Shown: piece after piece, positions 48,482 through 63,120 of the stretch
Position numbering within the stretch: the first letter of the stretch is position 1
Layout: every line of letters starts with the position of its first letter
From: Proteromonas lacertae
Lineage: Eukaryota
DNA length: 64,000 nt
Assembly (NCBI GenBank): GCA_002245135.1
Contig: NGBS01000006.1
Span: 1-64,000 of the forward strand
Reading direction: 5' to 3'
Notes under the pieces: generated by a model
What the model saw: only the letters and a program-made list of their open reading frames with translations
What the model was told of the DNA's origin: nothing
Databases searched by the model: none
Position numbers and translations under genes: made by a program

Positions 48482-49812
48482 TCATATTATTGGAACAATG
48501 GACGACTGAGCTGTTACGAAATTTTTACTAGACAAAGAACTACCTTTTGGAAGTTGATGATGTGGTGTCTGTGACACTAATGAATAAATTTGTGTAGATG
48601 CAGAAAATTTTCCAGTTGAGTTACTTAAAGTGCTCATTCTTCTTTGTTTTAGAATTGATTTCTTTCTAACCCCTACCTGTGGTTCTGATGCTTTACCTAA
48701 ATCACTTTTTGTTGTTGGTAATAGAGATATTCTACGAGTTACTTCTGGATCATTATTTCGTATTTTAATATATAATTCATCAATTTCTTTGACAAACTCA
48801 TTCAGGCCATATGCTGATAGATATTTAATGGCAAATGTCTCTTGTTTAAATACATATCCACTGTCATACTTTTTTATATAAATTTCAACTAAATTACAAA
48901 ATGTTGTTCCATCAACTCTGTTATCGTAATCATAGTGTAAAGGATGAGGAGCACCTATCATTTTTCTACTTAATTTATCAGAACATACCTCGGGAGGTAG
49001 TTGATTGTTGTGACTTTCTAAATACTTGTTGATATTTTGAATATCTGATCGTCTTTCAAGTATAATTTTAATTCTTTCAAATGTCAGAACATTTGAAATA
49101 GTAGCTAATCTAAAGTAATTGATTGGATCAAACAAAGCAAATGATAGTGATAAAAAATTGAAAAATTGATTTAAGCTAATTTTACCATCACTATTTCTAT
49201 TCATATTTAGTATTATATTCACTTATAGAATATACAAATCTTGTTGTTTAAACAATTGTAGAACTTCATCACAGATTGCTTGTTGTCTTTTGATCAATTT
49301 AAACATGTTTACGAGGTGACTCCATTCTACACTACCATTACATGAACATAAAGCATGTAGAATAACTAAAGAAAATAAAATTAAAAGTAACATAATACAG
49401 TAATATATAACAACTGTAGGATTGAGCGAAAAGAAAATGACAAACTGAAAAAAATCATTCCAACTGAGGGAATTGCTTTCTAACATAATAGAAACCAAAT
49501 CTATACCATATATTCTAAACAAAGAGTTGTACATGGGAATTTTGGCTAGATTAAACTCTTTAATTATATCATAACCATTAACTCTTTTTGTCTTCAGTTT
49601 TCTATTAACATTAAATAGATTCGCTTTATACTTTTGTAATTTCTTATAATACACTTTAACAATATTTATTTCATAGTTATTGACTATAAAAATCATAACA
49701 TTATAAGCTTACGGCAAAAACACTCTGCAAATTTAATACTCTCGTCATTCAGGGCATATTCATCGACTATAGCCTCCTCAGCAATTGGCTCGTTATTATG
49801 AATCTTATTCAT
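48482..49812 (-). CDS. EF-hand-like family paralogue E
   Basis: DEYALNDESIKFAECF; WNDFFQF; DLNSDGKISLNQF; GAPHPLHYDYD; SILK. Confidence 0.85.
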
Positions 49813-50045
49813 TAATTGTTTCTATGCTTTTTTATTCAACTAAAAATTGTTTGTTTAGTGATGAAAAAATAATATCTTTTGATGAGATATATAAGAATTA
49901 CTCTCATTTTATCGAATATTTAGAAAATAGATAAGTTATATTTTGTTTCCGACACCAAAAATTTGATATAAGATAAAAAATAAATGTAGAGAAATGATAT
50001 GTTTATAAAGGTACTTTTTAGATGATAAAATTACAGTTAAGTATA

Positions 50046-51425
50046 TCATAAATATTCATGAACTGGCTCTATCGAAGGGAACGGTTCATTTTTATAGGAA
50101 TTAAGAGCAAGTTGAATCTGTCCATTTCCTCCATCTGAATTGAGGTTTCCATAATTAGACAGAGTTTCAGGTAAAGTGCTTGTATTAGTTTGCATCTCTG
50201 ATACTGATTGTTTTCTATCTTTTGGTAATAACGATGTTCTTGACCTCAACCTCTCTGAAGGATGAGAAGGTCTTTTCAAGATTGATTTGGACGATTCAAA
50301 CTGCTGTCCTTCTGGTGGTGGCGTTAATGATAAATTGCTGTGGTTACTATTTGTAGTTGATCTTCTTTTCTGTGATGCTACATACTCAGGTGAATTGTTA
50401 CGATATTCTATAAAGTATTTATCAATCAAACAAATAGTAGGATGATCTATAAATCTACCTAAATTTTTCATTGCAAAACCTTCATGATACATTACATACA
50501 GCGGTTTATATTTCTTAATAAACATAGTTACTATCTCTGCATACTGTAAATATGATAATTGACCATTGGGTAAGGTTGTACAAGGATCATAATCATATAA
50601 ATCAGGATGGGGCAAACCTTGTAAACTTCTTTTAAACTTACTTAGACATGGCTCTTTTGGTAGTTTTTGATCATGTACCACCTGGTATTGTTTGATTACA
50701 TTGATTCTACATCTTCGGTCCATAATTGATTTTAATCTTTCAACTCCAAATACTCCATTAATTAGTAGTATTCTAAACATAAATAAGGGTTCCCAGTACT
50801 TTATGGTGACTGATATAAAGTTCCAGAATTGATTTAGACTTAAATAACCATCACTATTTATGTCAAAATCTTGAAAAATTAGCTGAACATCTTTACACAC
50901 TCCGCTTTGTCTCCGTAGTAGTTGAAAAAACAGAACAATATCTTCCCAACTAACCTGGCCTGTAAAACTGGGAAAAGTATTGATTATAGCTATAAACATG
51001 AAAATAAAACAGAAATTATACAGAAAAAAATACACACCATGGGAGAAAAAGAAAAAAATACCACAAACTGAAAGTAACTATTCCAATCGAAATAAGTTCC
51101 ATCTAGAGTATAGAATACAGCAATATACCGTAGATCGAAAATAAATGCTCATGTAAAGGTAAAGACCTTAATCCTAACATTTTTATGAGCTTAAATGGAG
51201 TGACTTTAACGCCGTGAGTAGTATCACTAAATTATTTAGAGTATTATTTATACCTAACAAGCTCATTATATCTTTTTTTTATAAATTGAACTTCAAAATT
51301 GCTCACTATAAGAGTTTAATAATAATTAAAATACTGGCAAAGTACCTTGCGAACTTAACAGATTTATCATCGAGCTGGTTCTTGTCATACTTCTCATCCG
51401 GATTTACAGATGCGTGTATGGACAT
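50046..51425 (-). CDS. EF-hand-like family paralogue F
   Basis: DKNQLDDKSVKFARYF; WNSYFQF; DINSDGYLSLNQF; GLPHPDLYDYD; SILK. Confidence 0.85.
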
Positions 51426-51600
51426 GGGCCTTCAAAAGATGAGAAAAGAAGAAATTTAAAAATATAAACGTCAAATAAAAATCAAGCTTTTGATGAATGA
51501 TCAATCAATCACAACAAATTAGAATAACAATAACGATAAATTATATATAAATAAATAGAAGAGTTAAACGTATCCATTATTAACATCAGAATATGTACAT

Positions 51601-53079
51601 TTACATTTGAAGAGGTTTTACTGGCGAAAGTAGTGGATCAGAGTCAGCCTTTTCTTCATTATTATTAGTTTTTTTCCTCATTGCCCTAGATCGAACCATT
51701 TCGCTCATTGTTGTCATACTTTGTGCACTATTCTGTTTACTTTCTCCTTCAGCACTACTATTTCCTCCATTATATCTTTTAAGTTTATCCTTTGCTGCTA
51801 ACCTACTCTCATGTCCGATAGACAAATGTCTATTTCCGTGAACCCTATTTCTTGTTCCTGGAGTACCGATTTTACGACTTGTATTTTGTGGTGTATTGAG
51901 GTGAGAAGGTGCTTTAAGTATAGATCTCGCTGATGCTGGTAAACTATTCTCTGATTGCTGAAACGAGATAGCGCGTTGTATTACCGATTGCTGTTGTTTT
52001 ATTGATGATTGTTTTTCAGGATTATTCGTTCTATATTGTATATAAAACTTGTCAATTTCTACAAGTATATTAGAAGTTGAACCTTGTTTGTTTTTACTCT
52101 TATCCTTTACAGATACTTTCACACTAGGATCACTACCACTTAATAATGTAACGACTCCACCGAATCTACCTAAATTCTTCATTTGAAAGACCTCATGTTT
52201 ATAATTCATCTGAGGTTTGTATAATCTTATATATTTAAGTGCAAATCTTAAAAATGAAGTTGGTAAATCTTCACCTTCATAATCATACGAATCTGGATGA
52301 GGAGAACATTTCAATATTCTCTTTATCTTACCACAACATGGTTCTGGAGGTAATTTATCATTATTTCCTAATTGATAAAACTTTATATCACCCATATGTA
52401 ATTTTCTATTTAATATTCCTAAAAGTCTTTCTGTTCCTATTATTTTTTCAATTATTGTTATTCTAAAATCATAAAATGGCTGATATAATGCTGTTGTAGT
52501 TGCTGCAAAATTGAAAAATTGTGATAAATTCACTTCTCCATCGTTATTTATATCATGATCTGAAAATATCTGTTTTATCTCAGGACAAATTGCCAAATTT
52601 CGCCTTAAATAAATAAATAACTGACTTACACAATCCCAAGTTATTCTACCTTCATAATTCGGTAAAATATTAAGTAATGTGTAAAATAGAGAAGGCATAG
52701 GCGCAGCACCCCAAAATAAGACAAATTGAAAGAAATCATTCCAATTTAACAGGCACTCTCCTATTGAATAGTGAATTAATTTGATTATACTGTAAGCTGA
52801 AAACAGTAATTCATATAAAGGCATGGCCTTTAAATCTAATATATTGATTATTGTGAATCCAGATATAACATTCTCAGGACCCTTCCTATTCACAATAATG
52901 ATAGAAACTATACAAATGATTCTTTGTAAAGAATTTCTTGATGTGGTTAATTTCATGATTATTCACTATGATATTTATATAACGATGAAAGCGATACAAC
53001 AAAAATATTTAGCATATTTGATGGACAAGTCATTAAAACCATGCGGATCTGTTATTGGTACTGGCTGCACTTGAGACAT
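51601..53079 (-). CDS. EF-hand-like family paralogue G
   Basis: DPHGFNDLSIKYAKYF; WNDFFQF; DINNDGEVNLSQF; SPHPDSYDYE; SILK. Confidence 0.85.
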
Positions 53080-53643
53080 CTTGTTTTAGAATTATTACAT
53101 TAACTATTTATATCCTAAAAAAAAGAAACGAAAAATATCGATTTTAGAATAATTCTTATACAACATCTGTTGGTCTTTTTTATTGTGAAGTTTTTTGCGC
53201 ATACGAATCTTTTAGTCAGTATGGCACAAGCAATAGGAACTGATCATATGTACTAACGTTCAGAATGAACATAGGTTTTATATACAGTAAGATATTTAAG
53301 AAAATAGATGTGGAAGAAAGAATTGTATTTTATGCCTTTATCTTATCTAATATAAAAATAATAAGTTGTTTTATTATAAATTTATACTACATAGATGTCA
53401 TTAATGCTTTTGTATTATTGCATTAATTGAACTTAAGAAATATTATTTAGGATTAATACACATAAATTTGCAGACAACTAGATTTAGTAAATATAAAGTT
53501 ATATAAAACTAAAACACATCATTTTAAAAACTACAAATATACTAATTTACATTATGTTATTTCTACTTAATATAAAGTTATATATTATATATATAACTAT
53601 ATAAATATACATTTACCTTCTTTAACAATTACATATAACAACA

Positions 53644-55163
53644 TCACTCATCACTGCCTAAAGGAGATATTGGTGAGATAGTTGTAGGACAATAATTTAC
53701 TGGCCTGACTCTACACATTGAATTAGGCGATAATCCTCTATTACCATGAGATTGATTCAAATAAGTCTGAATTGCTCGACTTGATGCTGATGATTTAACA
53801 ATCCCTAATAATTGACTTTTATCTAATGTCATTCTTCTTTCCGACCTTAAAGTACTTTTATGTCTTAATATTGGAGATGGTGGATTGGAAATATCAAATA
53901 AATTGGTATTATTATTATTATTTGCTGTTGTATTAGATGGTGTTATAGCACAATGCATACTCATTTTATTAATATTAATATTATTATTTGTCGGTGTATT
54001 TACTGTAGAGTTTGGAGCACTTATAAATGTATTCTCAAATCCTGAAGGTGCTCTTGAACTTAATCCCTGCATATTAGTGTTACAATGTATTGCTGATGAT
54101 TTTCTAGCCGCAGTAGTACGAAGCAAAGCCCTACTAGAAGACGATGGAGTCATTAAATTAGTATGTGAAATTCCATTTACTGAAGATGCACGATAATGTC
54201 GATAATATTTGTCAATTTTATTTAATATAGGAAATTCAATAGTATTACATAAATTCCTACTTGAAAAATGTTCATACTTCTTTTGGAAGTTATTATTGTA
54301 TTTTCTGATTAATTCATATGTAATTTGTTGGAGTGATGGATAATCAACTGTATAGTCATAGTCATAGTGTAAAGGATTAGGTTTTCGTAAAATTAAATTC
54401 TTAATTGAATCTAAACATGGTTGAGGAGGATCTTTTCCATTATGAATTGCTTGATATTCTTTTATATTACTAATTTTTAATTTTCTATCTAATATTACAA
54501 ACAATGAGTCATTTGGAAAGATTGTTTCGATTAGTGATATCCTGAATCTATATAGTGGCTCCCAAAGTGTATAATTGTATGTTGTGTATTTGAAAAACTG
54601 AGCGAAGTTTAAAAGACCGTTTTTCCTAACATCTAATTTCCTGAAATATTCCATATCTTTCTCTTTCAACTGCGATGATTTCTTTAGAAGTTTTAGTATG
54701 TGTTCTATATCATCCCATTTTATACAACCTGTAAAATTGGAAAATGTGCTGATGATGAAGTAAAATATTGCCACATTTGGAGCAAAACTCAAAAACGTAA
54801 CTGTTTGAAAGAAATCATTCCAAAACAATATACCATCATCTGAATAAACTATAAAAAAATATTAATACTGTAAATCGAAAATATATGCTTGAATAAAGGA
54901 AGATCTTTGGTATGCAAATGATTTATTAATGTCTTGTATCTTATATGTCTTTCTTTTTTATCCCTAAAGAAAAATAAAACAACAATATACGTGCTAAGTG
55001 AGTCAAAATACTTCTTTATCATTTTTACATCATAATTATTCACTATACATATGAATTATAGAATAATAGTGTAGTAAATACTGTAATAATAGCTGGCTAA
55101 TTTTCTTGAGTCATCAGATAGGCCATTTACATCAACATCAGTTGGTGAAATAGAATTACTCAT
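53644..55163 (-). CDS. EF-hand-like family paralogue H
   Basis: DVNGLSDDSRKLASYY; WNDFFQT; DVRKNGLLNFAQF; PNPLHYDYD; PILR. Confidence 0.8.
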
Positions 55164-55271
55164 ATTTAAATATCAATACTCATAAATATGCCTTTATTTC
55201 AATTTTATTCGTTATGATCATTATTTTGGGGGGTAATTGGGTTGTACCGAAAAAATTAGAGAGAGAAAATC

Positions 55272-58200
55272 ATGCCTGTGTCAATTAATGGTGCGTTTTA
55301 TATTGCAAAATTCAAAAATAACATATTTAATAAAATGAAGTGGGAGAGAGTTCATCCAAAGATGATCATTTCAACAATCACGATGGTCTTTCCGAAATTA
55401 GCAAGCAATTATACCGCTGATCTTAATATTAAAGAAAAAGGGTTGGAATCATATGGTATTTATATATTTTCTTATGATTTAGATACAAATTACAAAGCGG
55501 ACATTACTCGTGTGAATAGTATATTCAAATCGGATGATATAGAATCTCCCAAAACTCCAATATCATACAAAGATATCATCGTTGATATTCAAGGTGAATC
55601 AATGTTAGGTTATAATTGTATGTGTCATAGTAATGAAACATGCATACATTTCCTATCAAAATGTTACAATTCATCTTTTCCAGTGAGTGTATTGTTCTTT
55701 AGACCATACCCAGGAGGGAATGATATTTTAATCATTGATCCTGAGAAATATAAAGAGATTAATGAAATAGTAAAAACACATGATAAAAATATCAATGAAT
55801 ATTTGAATACATATAAAAAGTCGAAACTATTAATTTCATTACCAATTGATTCTAATTTAGCTACAACAACTTTACAGCAACCAGTAAAACCAAAACCTGT
55901 TCAATTACAAATAGTGCAGCAACAAGCAGTACAAGCAGTACAACCACAACAAACAGTACAACAATCAAACCAACATCAAACCAATACACTAATTCAACAT
56001 CAACAACCTTCACAGCCATACCAACTTCCTACTCAACAACAAAAACAAAATAAACAAAAATTATGCGAACCAGAAAACCAATCAGAAAAACTACAACCAA
56101 TTCAGCCTATAGAATCATCGAAATTAATACACCAACTATCTCAACAATCACAACCACATCCTATACAACCAATGTCATTTAAACAACAGCCAGTTGTATT
56201 CCAACAAGAGTCATTGGCACAACAGAATCAACAAATTAAACAAAAGAAAGTGAATGAATTGAAAGAAAAAATAACCATCATCAGAAAAACATATTCTGAA
56301 ATCATAGATATGTCAAACATACCAATAAATAAAGGTGTAACTGAAATAACATATATTTTTAATGATATATCAACTCTTAAGGAAATTAATAATACCATTG
56401 ATAAATACGATCTAAATATCAACAATGTTGAAATGTATGAAAATGATCTAATAAAATATGAACAGTTTTATTTGAAAGTCAAAGGAAGATTTGATTTTTT
56501 AATTGCAACTCAAAGAGCTATGAATAGAAGAATAGAAGAACTGAAAATAGAACAACAACAAAATCAATATGTACCAAACCAAGATTATTTTTTAGATAAT
56601 TTATATGAATCAATAATAAAAGAAAGAATAAGAAGTATTGATATTCAAACTAAGTTTATGAGATTAGAGGATGAGATTAAAGACTTGAATATTGCAGTAG
56701 ATAATTGGAATAAAAAGAACAGAGAAAATGATCCTATATATATTACATCAAATTCTTTATTTAAGACTGCAACTAAAGAAAAACTACTGGAAGCTATAAA
56801 ATATAGAGAAAATGAAAGAGATTTTGTTCTTTTGGATATGAAAAAGATACTTTATTATTCAAATACATTAGAATTGATTAATTTTCAAAATAAATATAAA
56901 TCTGAAGAAATGGGAAATGAATTTAATGAATTTAATGATAATATGATCTATATTAGAGAAATTATCATATTTTTTGAAGCTGTAGAAATGAATACTGCTA
57001 ATTTTTCAATTTATAAAATAAGAATGGATCAAATAAAAGCACGTATAAGTAATAATCAGAAGATTATGAAACATATAATTGAGGAGAAAAAGAAAGAAAT
57101 TCAAAAACAAAAACAAAATGTAATTGAGAAAAGGCAACAGGAAGAAATTGAGCATCAAAGAGAGATTGAAAAAATAAAAAAAATCGAGCAGTTAAAAGAG
57201 AAGAAAAGAGAAGAAATTATTGAAAGACAGAAACAAGAAGAAAAGGAGAGAAATAGTCAAATAGAAGAAGAAAAAAATCAAATAGAAGAAGAAGAAGACT
57301 CGAATATAATAATAGACTCTTTTAAGTCTTATAGAAATATAATTGAATTTAATGAATATGTAAAATATCAAGATCAATTTTATAAGAATAGTATAGACAA
57401 TAATGTAATAGAAAAAGCGTATATTTATGTTATTATTATTATTATTATTAAAATAGAGTATGTGCATTAGTTACTCCAAAATCATCGTCTGATAAACAAT
57501 ATGAATTGAAAAGTTTTTTAAATTATTTCTCTACTAAGTCATCTATATATAATGATATTCATTTATTCCCAATTTGGCAAAGTATCAATAAAAGTGGGTT
57601 AATAATTGCTGATTGTAAAATGATTGATAGACAATTAGAAGCATTTGGTTGTATTTTTAATTCAGTTAATCTAAATCATCGTATGAATCATTTATGGATA
57701 AGTAAATCTGAAATCCAATGGAGACATATAAATGATTTAATTTGTCAATATATTAAAGTATATCTTTTAAAGATTTCTTTATTTATTTATAGATGATCGA
57801 GTTTAATGAAAATGATAGTATTGAAATTCCAATCAATTCACCATATATTTTACATATTTATTATTCCAATTTAGTAGACAATAAAAAGTATAATAGGATA
57901 GTTCAATTCATAAAATCTAATGGATTTAATGGAAAGATTGTATTTGATGAGTGGGAAGAAATATATGAAGAATTTATTGATGTTTATAATAAGAATAGAC
58001 TGACAGAAGTATAATTTATTATTATATACTAATCTATTTATTTTAGCTTGGAGTTGCTGTATGTGAAATTCAAAATACTGCTCTTCAAAGTGGTTCAATA
58101 TATTTAGCAAGCGATGAAAATTTATCATTGAATTATTTATACTGCATGGTTAAGTTGTCTTTATTCAAAAATGACAATGAAAATGATAAATTGAGCAACG

Positions 58201-61200
58201 ATCGAAATATAAATAGTTTATTTATGAAACAAAGTTTATATGATAAAGCTAGTAATTATTTATTGAAATTATATTTAAAAGAAAGTGGATGTTTTATTTC
58301 TAGAAATATTGCACTAACAAATACAACTCATGAAATCATATTGAGTGACATTCATAATGAATATGAATATAACAAAATGTTAGAATTTTGGAATAATATG
58401 AGTAACTATATGAAGATTCTATTAATGGTATATCAATTGATAATTTTTATATTATGTTTATTGATATATATAGAAAAATATAACAGATGATAAAGTAAAA
58501 GAAATGAGATATAAAAATTTTTATGGCTGTTATGATGAATTTCTACATTTGTTGAATATGAGTATGGTAATGAAGGAATGTAAAGAAATTTATTGATAAT
58601 ATGTCTATTGCTTCAAAATTGATTATAGAATATTTTATGTCAGATTATGTATATAATAAATATATTATATATGATGTTTTATAGGAAAAAATACATCAAA
58701 AGGAAAATAGAACATTTTCTTCATTAATACAAGAAGTATCAGAAAAATTAATATCTTATATACCACATGGATATAGAGTTAATGTCAATGATGAAAATGA
58801 AAAGTATTTATTTATTGTTTCTGTTTATATGCATATATAGGAGAAAAAGGTTTACAACATGTTGTTATTGTAATGGTAGTGGTAATTCAATGTATCATTG
58901 TGTGAAATGCAATATTACTGCTTCTCATCAGTTTTGTATGAAAGAGAAAGGGAAAAATTTAACTGGCTTCATATGTAGTTTATGTGAAAATAAAAATAAT
59001 ATATATTATGAGTTGTTTAGTAAAATTGTATATATATTTATTTAAATATATGTATGTAAATAGAATAAAGAAAGTCAAGAAATACAATCATTAGCCTTAC
59101 CTCCTAATCCAATTCTAGATTTAATAGATTACTGTAAGAAAAGCATGAAACTAACAACAATAATAACAGGGAATGAAACATTTGATACAAAAATAAATCA
59201 AACTAAAAATATTAATTTCAATGTCTTAATTATGAACGATAGATCAATTTATGGAATAAACTTAATCAAAGATAAACCTAAAATATATCATTTATTCTTG
59301 GATATTAATTGGGATATTGATTATATGAAAAGACAAATCTATATAAGTCAATCAAATGATCAATATGTCTCTAATTATTATTCATTTTTTGCAATTAATA
59401 CACCATTGAATAAAGAAATATTAAACGGAGTATATGATAAATATTCATTTTGAATAGATTAATAAGGAAATGTGTCGATTGGGAAGTAAAAGAACTGATA
59501 TAAATGTATTGTCAAATAATACAAACTACTTATTTGAAGATATATTAACTGTATTAAAGAATATTTCAAGTATTAAGAAGTTGATTGAAAAAGATTATCC
59601 TTCTTCTTCTTCTTCTTCTTCAGAGAATGAATTGATTAAAAGATATAATTTGTTGAAAATACCAACTCGCAAATGTAATTTGTTTGATTATTCTAATGGA
59701 TTATTAAATAAAGGAAAAAATGAAATTGATTACTTTTTAAATCATTTTAAAACAATACCAACAGAATATCAAAACATGATTCTTCAGCTTATGATAGATG
59801 TAGAAGAATTTTCAGAAAAGAATAGTGAAATCCAGTTCTTACCATTTATTGAAGAAATTAATATATGTGGATATAAAAATTTTACAGCAGATAGATTCGA
59901 TTATTTATATAAGAATAGAGAAGTAAAAATAGCAAAGTTTGTATTGAATAATAAGATTAGTTGGTATGAAATTTGTAGAATTAAAGGGATAGTTGGTGGA
60001 GAGTATAATTTTCTTATTATGATAATATAGTTTCTATATTTTACCATATCAGAATCAGAGTAATTGTAATTTTAGAATAGCCTTAATTTATGAAATGAAA
60101 GATGTGAAAAAGAATAGATCAGTATATATATATTATTATCAATATTTATTCAATAGTTGATTCAAAATAATCAAACTCCACCATATTATTATGCTTTAAC
60201 ACCATTCTCCAATTCTACACCAAAAATAATAACAAAAGATATATTAAGCAAATTAAAAGTAATAAGTATGAAAGATGCTTATAATGACTGGAATGATTCA
60301 TTAAAACAAACAAATTTAGAAAATTCAATTGGAGAAGAATATGATGTGGAGATGAATAGAAGTTTTCTATTGTTAAAATGTGATTATTTTACACTTTTAG
60401 ATTTATTACCAATTAGAAATGCTGAAGAAAAGTATTATGTTGTTAGAGTAATACAACCGAATGAAATATTTACTGGAATTTATATTCCTCGAAAATGCAT
60501 TAATTCAATTCAATACAAATTGTCGAAGAATAACATCGATTGTTCAACAAGAATCACTGAATCAGCAGATACAAGATTATCCAATAATACAACAAATAAT
60601 TCACAACTACAACAGATAACACAACAGATTCAATCAACTCCAGTACAATTTTCTAAAGGAAACAATACTCCTCGTAATGGTGGTGATATGATACAACAGT
60701 ACCAACAACAGAATCAGCAGAATATTTATTGTAAGCAGATACAACAGCTTCAGCATCAACAGATTGGACAAAATATCCATCAACAACTTCACACTGAAAT
60801 ACAACCACAAATTCAACCAAATCAATTTCAACAACCATCACCAAATAAACAGCAACTTCAACAGCAGCAACAACAACTATTACAAGATATGCAGAAGCAA
60901 CAACTACAGAAACAACAGCAGCAAGTTCAACAACAAGCTCAACAGCAGCAACAACAACCAATACTTCGAAATGTAATTGAACCATTTAAAGTAATGAGTT
61001 ATGTTGAAATATCAACAAGAAAAATGAAAAAGATGGTAATTGAAGTGGCAATAGATAATAATAAAAGCAACATCAATAATAATAGATTTAATCCTATTCA
61101 ATCATCACCATCAAGATCTAAACAAACTCTCCAATCACAACCACCACCACAAAAACCTCAACAAAATTCAACAAAGAATAAATCAAAATCAAAATCAAAA

Positions 61201-61659
61201 TCAGGAAAATCAAGCAAAAGTAAATCAAAACAAGAAGATGATTATCATTCATTACCAGTTAGAAATACTATTCCAATTGTGGTGAATAATGGAGGTATTA
61301 TTAATGGTAATAATCCAAATAAAAGAAAAGAAAGTTTTTCACAGACTGAAAATAAGATTAAAAAACCAAAGATTAATCTAAAAATTGATATTGGAATTGT
61401 TAAAGATTATATTATAAATAGTGTTTTACCAAAGTATATAGGCAGTGAAAAGATAGATGAGAAGTTAATCACTGAAGAAGTAAGAAGGAAGTATAATACA
61501 ATATTTTTAACTGATGATACTTTGGGCAATATGGTAAAGTCAATTCTGAGTGAATTATCATTAAATACGGTTGATGCAAATGTGTGTAACAAATGTAATA
61601 ATAAGAATAGAGATACAGCTAAATTCTGCGATTTTTGTGGAAATAGAATAAGAGATTAA
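55272..61659 (+). CDS. Large multi-exon protein: PDZ-like N-terminus, Gln-rich and coiled-coil regions, PHD-like finger, C-terminal zinc ribbon
   Basis: ORF fragments joined by GTAT..AG introns (several junctions checked in frame). CCYC..HCVKC..HQFC..FICSLC and CNKC..FCDFCG motifs. One apparent frameshift near 58587. Confidence 0.65.
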
Positions 61660-61867
61660 TAAATGTTATTGTTTTGTGTAGAATTTTCATGTTTTTTATT
61701 TCTGTAATAGAAAATTTCTTGAAGTATATCAACAAATGCAAAATAGATTTTCATTTTAATTTGACTCAATCAAGCTTATTTTATTTAAATCAATTTTTCT
61801 CAACAAACAATCTTTTAATTTTCCCAAAGTTTATTCATAATACAAAAAATGTAAGAGTATTATAAGT

Positions 61868-63083
61868 TTATTCTCTTAACCACAACACATCTTGAGATAA
61901 ATCGTGAAGTGCTTCCTGAATCTCACTTTCATCATGATAGTATGAATTTGTTCTTAACTCTGCAATCTTCAAAGCAAATTTATCCTTTTTGCCTCCCAAT
62001 AATAAATCCACAATTTGATGTTTTTTACTGTCTCTATTATCAGGTAGATATATCTTTATCATCTCAGTACAAGAATCTAGAATAATTTCAGCACACTGGT
62101 ACAAAGCTATAGCAACTTCCTATTGTAAATAAAAAAAAAGAAAAATACAGTGAAAAAAGCAGTTGGATCAACTTCAATCTTAAACATCTTTTCATGAGAA
62201 AGTTTCAAAAACGGTTGAGAATTACCCCATGAGGCTTGACCAAACACTTGTTGAGTAGCCAATTGAATAGAGGAAGTACAATTATAAACTAATCTCCAAG
62301 CTATTGAATTGAGTGATAAATATAATGAAACTGGATTGGATGGTTCAGCTAAGGCTGTTAATGAGAAATCAGCTGCTTCACTCTCTTTTGTGGAAGTTTC
62401 ACTTCGTTTTTGCATTGCGATTGATGTTAAGATTTGTAAGGCTCGATCTCTTCTAGTTAATTGGTTTTTACATCTATTTATTATTATTATTTTTATTATT
62501 ATATTATTATATATACTCGTTTATTAAGATATAGGATGTTTCTATTGATTTCAATAAATCGTTAGACATGTCAAGCATATCATTAAATGTTTGATTTATT
62601 GTATCAGAAGCTATATAAATAAAATAATAATAATAAATATATATACAGGAAAGATGATTTTTCAAACTAATCAATTTATTCTTCATTGATTTCATTTTAT
62701 CATTCACTTTTGTACAACTAGTATTGACCAATTCAATAGCTTTCATTTTGCCATTCTCTTCATCACATGCAATATTTAATTCAACTGTCAAATCAGCCCA
62801 TTGTCTGGATCGACACATATCCACATATTCCTCAGTCAACATATCTATAATAATCAATCAATATAAAAGTAACTATACTTAATCTTGAATCACCATACAT
62901 AATATCTCTTAATTGTTCAATATCATCTGTTTTGACTAATATAATCTCAAAGTAACCTTGAACATCATTCAATAAGGACATTAACTGCAATGTTTTCGAA
63001 TGATAAATAATGAGGGATATTACTAATCGAATAAAGACAAGATATCCTTCAGAAAATAATAAATCCCAAACATAATATAATGT

Positions 63084-63120
<37 letters not shown>

